A stretch of 40,165 nucleotides of DNA from Treponema sp. (GTDB taxonomy: Bacteria > Spirochaetota > Spirochaetia > Treponematales > Breznakiellaceae): NCBI GenBank assembly GCA_031267675.1, contig JAIRYT010000011.1, positions 1-40,165 on the forward strand, in the 5' to 3' direction. This document shows positions 37,481 to 40,165 of this stretch, piece by piece. How positions within the stretch are numbered: position 1 is the stretch's first letter; every line of letters starts with the position of its first letter. Made by a program: the position numbers and the translations under genes. The notes under the pieces were generated by a model. It was not told the DNA's origin. It ran no database searches and was given only the letters and a program-made list of their open reading frames with translations.

Positions 37481-38269
37481 ATGAAAGATCTGGCGCAGAT
37501 CAGGTCAAAAGGCGCCTTTATTATCGACATGGACGGTGTTATCTACCACGGTAATCAGCGGCTCCAGGGCGCGCTGGAATTTGTCCAGTGGATGGAAGAA
37601 AACAACAAGGCGTTCCTTTTTTTAACCAATTCCAGCGAGCGGTCCCCGCTTGAACTGTCGCAAAAACTTTCGCGCCTGGGCATCGAAGTCGACCCCGAAC
37701 ATTTTTATACCAGCGCGCTGGCCACGGCGGGGTTTTTGGCAACCCAGCGTCCGGGCGGTTCGGTTTATGTCATTGGCGAGCCGGGCCTTATTCAGGCGTT
37801 GTATGACCAGGGTTTTACCATGAACAACGTAAACCCCGACTATGTTATTGTCGGCGAGGGCCGGGGCTACAGCCTTGAAGCGCTGGAACGCGCCGTTAAA
37901 CTGGTGGAACAGGGCGCGCGCCTTATCGGTACAAACCCCGACGCTTCGGGCCCCATTGAGGGGGGAATTATTGTTCCCGCCTGCGGGGCGCTTGTTTCGC
38001 CCATCGAAATGGCCACCGGGAAAAAAGCTTATTTTGTGGGAAAACCAAACCCGCTTATGATGAGGCACGGCCTTCGCCGCCTTAACGCAAAACGTGAAGA
38101 AACAGCGATCATCGGCGACCGCATGGACACGGATATCCAGGCGGGTGTCGAATCCGAAATTGAAACGGTGCTCGTGCTGTCCGGCGTAACAAAACTGGAA
38201 GAAGTAGCTTCCTACCCCTACCAACCCCGCCACATCCTCGACGGCGTCTTTGAAATCGTCCCGCAGTAA
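37481..38269 (+). CDS. HAD-superfamily hydrolase, subfamily IIA (NagD-like)
   Basis: 'FIIDMDGVIY' motif I (DxDG), 'LTNSS' motif II and 'GDRMDTDI' motif IV; the ORF track begins at 37412. Confidence 0.7.
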   Translation: MKDLAQIRSKGAFIIDMDGVIYHGNQRLQGALEFVQWMEENNKAFLFLTNSSERSPLELSQKLSRLGIEVDPEHFYTSALATAGFLATQRPGGSVYVIGEPGLIQALYDQGFTMNNVNPDYVIVGEGRGYSLEALERAVKLVEQGARLIGTNPDASGPIEGGIIVPACGALVSPIEMATGKKAYFVGKPNPLMMRHGLRRLNAKREETAIIGDRMDTDIQAGVESEIETVLVLSGVTKLEEVASYPYQPRHILDGVFEIVPQ

Positions 38270-38287
38270 AGCAAAGTACCCGCCAGT

Positions 38288-38340
38288 AAGTCAAAGGCCC
38301 CCGATTGACTTCATAATATAAATGGGCTATACTTAGTATA
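38288..38340 (+). promoter_or_regulatory. mazEF promoter/operator region: inverted repeat AAGTCAA-N10-TTGACTT, -35 TTGACT, 17-nt spacer, -10 TATACT, and palindrome TATACTtAGTATA overlapping the -10
   Basis: Direct reading of 38288-38340; ATG of mazE at 38365. Confidence 0.5.
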
Positions 38341-38364
38341 TCCTATAAATCAAGGACAGAAATT

Positions 38365-38628
38365 ATGACAACAACAATTGTTAAATGGGGAAACAGCCAG
38401 GGAATACGGCTCCCAAAGGTTTTTTTACAAAATATCGATATATCTGAAAATGATATGGTTGATGTTTTGGTAGAAAATGAAGCAATTGTCATTAAAAAAG
38501 TATACGGCAAAAAGCACCGGACCACAAAAGAACGGCTTGCTGATTTCTATGGTCAGAATATAAAAAGTATTACAAAAAAACAAAAAGAAATAGATTGGGG
38601 AAAACCGGCAGGAAAAGAAGTATGGTAA
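38365..38628 (+). CDS. mazE: MazE/PemI-family antitoxin
   Basis: 'VKWGNSQGIRLPK' AbrB/MazE fold start and C-terminal 'IDWGKPAGKEVW'. Confidence 0.8.
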   Translation: MTTTIVKWGNSQGIRLPKVFLQNIDISENDMVDVLVENEAIVIKKVYGKKHRTTKERLADFYGQNIKSITKKQKEIDWGKPAGKEVW

Positions 38629-38954
38629 AACAGGGCGATATAATCTGGCTTGATTTTGATCCACAAACAGGTCGTGAACAACGCGGCAGACGGCCTGCTT
38701 TGGTTGTAAGTAATAAAAGTTTTAACAGCTTTTCGAAATTGGCTATTGTTTGCCCGATAACAAATAGAGACAAAGATCATCCGTTTCATATAAAGTTAGA
38801 TGGAAAAACAAAAACATCCGGAGTTATTCTTTGTGATCAGGCAAGGACCCTTGACATTAATGCCCGTAATTTTGAATATATTGAAACTATTCCTGAAGAA
38901 ATATTATTGGATGTTATTGATATAGTAAACGGATTTATTGAGATAGAAAAATAA
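38622..38954 (+). CDS. mazF: MazF/PemK-family endoribonuclease toxin
   Basis: 'GDIIWLDFDPQTGREQRGRRPALVVS' MazF signature; ATG overlaps the mazE stop. The ORF track begins 27 nt upstream. Confidence 0.8.
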   Translation: MVKQGDIIWLDFDPQTGREQRGRRPALVVSNKSFNSFSKLAIVCPITNRDKDHPFHIKLDGKTKTSGVILCDQARTLDINARNFEYIETIPEEILLDVIDIVNGFIEIEK

Positions 38955-38977
38955 AAACCGTATAAAATGCGGCACCA

Positions 38978-38999
38978 CACATAACAGGACAGTTTACGT
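38978..38999. repeat. 22-bp site 'CACATAAC-AGGACA-GTTTACGT' (inter-cassette repeat family, copy D, reverse orientation), start of a ~175-bp GC-rich element ending at 39152
   Basis: 8-bp terminal inverted repeat CACATAAC (38978) / GTTATGTG (39141-39148); the internal ~70 bp align with the 4440-4550 element. Confidence 0.7.
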
Positions 39000-39130
39000 T
39001 TCACCGCCTTTGGCGGTTCCGGGGTTCCAGTCGCCCAGGTCGGCTGCGCCTCCCACGGCTCCTTTCACCCACATTTTTGCAAGCCCTGGAAACCTGCGGT
39101 TTCCTTTATCGGGCTTGCAAAAACGTCATT

Positions 39131-39152
39131 ACAGCCGGAACGTTATGTGAAA
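39131..39152. repeat. 'ACAGCCGGAACGTTATGTGAAA' type-2 motif; 'TTATGTGAAAC' resembles a XerD-type arm
   Basis: Recurs at 3069, 6290 and 8164. Confidence 0.5.
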
Positions 39153-39167
39153 CGCGCGCAAAAACAG

Positions 39168-39196
39168 TTGACAAAATTAGCAAAATGTTTTAAAGT
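39168..39196 (+). promoter_or_regulatory. Sigma70-like promoter TTGACA-17-TAAAGT ending 6 nt before ATG 39203 (leaderless candidate)
   Basis: TTGACA 39168-39173; TAAAGT 39191-39196. Confidence 0.4.
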
Positions 39197-39202
39197 AAAT
39201 TT

Positions 39203-39973
39203 ATGAAATATCTGGTTAAACTAATATTTGAATTACTAATATTATTAGTTTTTGTGGCATTTACAATATTAATTCATTATGTTATTAATGAAGCACTTTC
39301 ATTGTTTAGTTTTTTCCTTATTTTTCTCACAATTTATTCTGCTTATAGCTGTTTTATGATAATATTTTTGAGAAAAAGGAAAAAATATATACTAAATATA
39401 ATAATTGGAATAATTCAATTTATTATAATAAGCATCATGCTGACGTTAATCATTTCATGTTATATTTGGTTCAATCGGGATGTTAAATTATTACAAGTTA
39501 CTAACTTAATCGAATATGATTTTGGACTTGTATTTTTTACGATGTTGTTAAAATTATTATTTTTCTCATTTATTATTGTTCAAATAATTAATACTAAAAA
39601 ATCATTTTTCATAAATAAATACATATTCATCAGGTTTTTTCCGTTAAAAATAATATTTTTCTTTTTTCTTATTTTTTTAACTCCTGGATGGGAAGGAGTA
39701 TGCCCCTGGAATATTTTGGAAGATACTGTGTATTCAGAAAATTTTAATATTTATAATATCGATAAAATTAAAATTGATATGACAAGAACAGAAATAATCG
39801 ATCTTATTGGCGACCCATTAACAAAATACAATTTTCAAGATAAAGAACATTGGGAAAGTTGGACAAGAGATGGAAAAAGTAAAGTCGGAGATTACGCATG
39901 GTTTGGGTTACATATACAATTTGATGACAATAATAAAGTTAAAAAAATATCTAGTGAATGGAATTACGATTGA
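39203..39973 (+). CDS. AT-rich polytopic membrane protein, unknown function (C-terminal soluble SmpA/OmlA-like segment possible)
   Basis: 256 aa, ~6 TM helices, very low GC. Confidence 0.4.
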   Translation: MKYLVKLIFELLILLVFVAFTILIHYVINEALSLFSFFLIFLTIYSAYSCFMIIFLRKRKKYILNIIIGIIQFIIISIMLTLIISCYIWFNRDVKLLQVTNLIEYDFGLVFFTMLLKLLFFSFIIVQIINTKKSFFINKYIFIRFFPLKIIFFFFLIFLTPGWEGVCPWNILEDTVYSENFNIYNIDKIKIDMTRTEIIDLIGDPLTKYNFQDKEHWESWTRDGKSKVGDYAWFGLHIQFDDNNKVKKISSEWNYD

Positions 39974-39989
39974 TAGCAATGCGTGCGCA

Positions 39990-40012
39990 TCGCATAACAG
40001 GCCTGTATGCGT
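39990..40012. repeat. 22-bp near-perfect palindrome 'TCGCATAAC-AGGCCT-GTATGCG' (inter-cassette repeat family, copy F), 18 nt after the membrane-protein stop
   Basis: Left arm CGCATAA is identical to the inner part of the E. coli dif XerC arm (GGTGCGCATAA). Confidence 0.7.
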
Positions 40013-40165
40013 TCCGGGCCTTCGGCCCTCCAGGGCTCCGCAACGGCTAGTATTGTGTCAACAATGAAATAGTGGATAAAGATGGTGAAGTTTAATTCGC
40101 GCGCCGTCTGTCGTAAACCTCCGGTTTATTTTGTTTGCGTTTTCATTGCGTGTAGTATTCCACTC

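Noticed and set aside
39870-40067. 65-aa ORF spanning the membrane-protein 3' end and the palindromic element
   Set aside because: It overlaps a supported gene in another frame and runs through the conserved repeat element; its product is Pro/Arg-rich.

Overview
The window is a mosaic of a GC-rich core flanked by AT-rich accessory islands. I found no rRNA, tRNA or CRISPR. The organism is not established; BspA-type LRR, FapA/DUF342 and a split GcvP are compatible with a spirochaete-like genome.

The core (about 8.2-34.5 kb and 37.4-38.3 kb) carries housekeeping genes: SIMPL, flotillin and NfeD; a MinD/ParA ATPase with FapA; lgt; ornithine carbamoyltransferase; an M24 peptidase; a DHH NrnA-like phosphoesterase; pepF; efp; a BspA-type LRR protein; a nitroreductase; gcvT-gcvH-gcvPA-gcvPB; xseA/xseB; mutL; and a HAD-IIA hydrolase.

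The accessory islands are AT-rich (about 1-8.1 kb, 34.5-37.4 kb and 38.3-40.1 kb).

- Island 1 carries a three-gene polyprenyl-phosphate-sugar glycan-modification operon (GtrA-like flippase, ArnT/PMT-like GT-C transferase, GT2 synthase) preceded by a 24-nt poly-C tract.
- It also carries a fusion of a T5orf172 (GIY-YIG-like) domain to an EcoRI-methylase-family adenine methyltransferase domain, a small lipoprotein, an FAD-dependent oxidoreductase, and a type II R-M pair with a beta-class DPPY methyltransferase and its putative endonuclease.
- A MNT-HEPN toxin-antitoxin pair is inserted just after mutL, bracketed by ~85-bp direct repeats that duplicate the mutL 3' end and a promoter.
- A four-gene array of paralogous lipoproteins (A-B-A'-B') follows.
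- The right-hand island carries a mazEF module and an AT-rich membrane protein.

The most unusual signal is a family of short GC-rich elements sitting between the AT-rich gene cassettes. They share a conserved 22-bp near-palindrome, (R)CGCA(A/T)AAC-AGNCCT-GTTATGCG. A longer variant, ACAGCCGGAACGTTATGTG, also recurs. The geometry (two inverted arms around a 6-8 bp centre) is that of a tyrosine-recombinase core site, dif/Xer-like or integron-core-like. This suggests recombinase-mobilised cassette modules; REP or MITE elements are the alternative. No recombinase gene is present in the window.

Two further signals: three tandem copies of a ~90-96 bp hairpin-rich repeat separate xseA from xseB, with a related 28-nt box at the 3' end of the MinD-like gene; and two promoters have their -10 element abutting the ATG, suggesting leaderless mRNAs.
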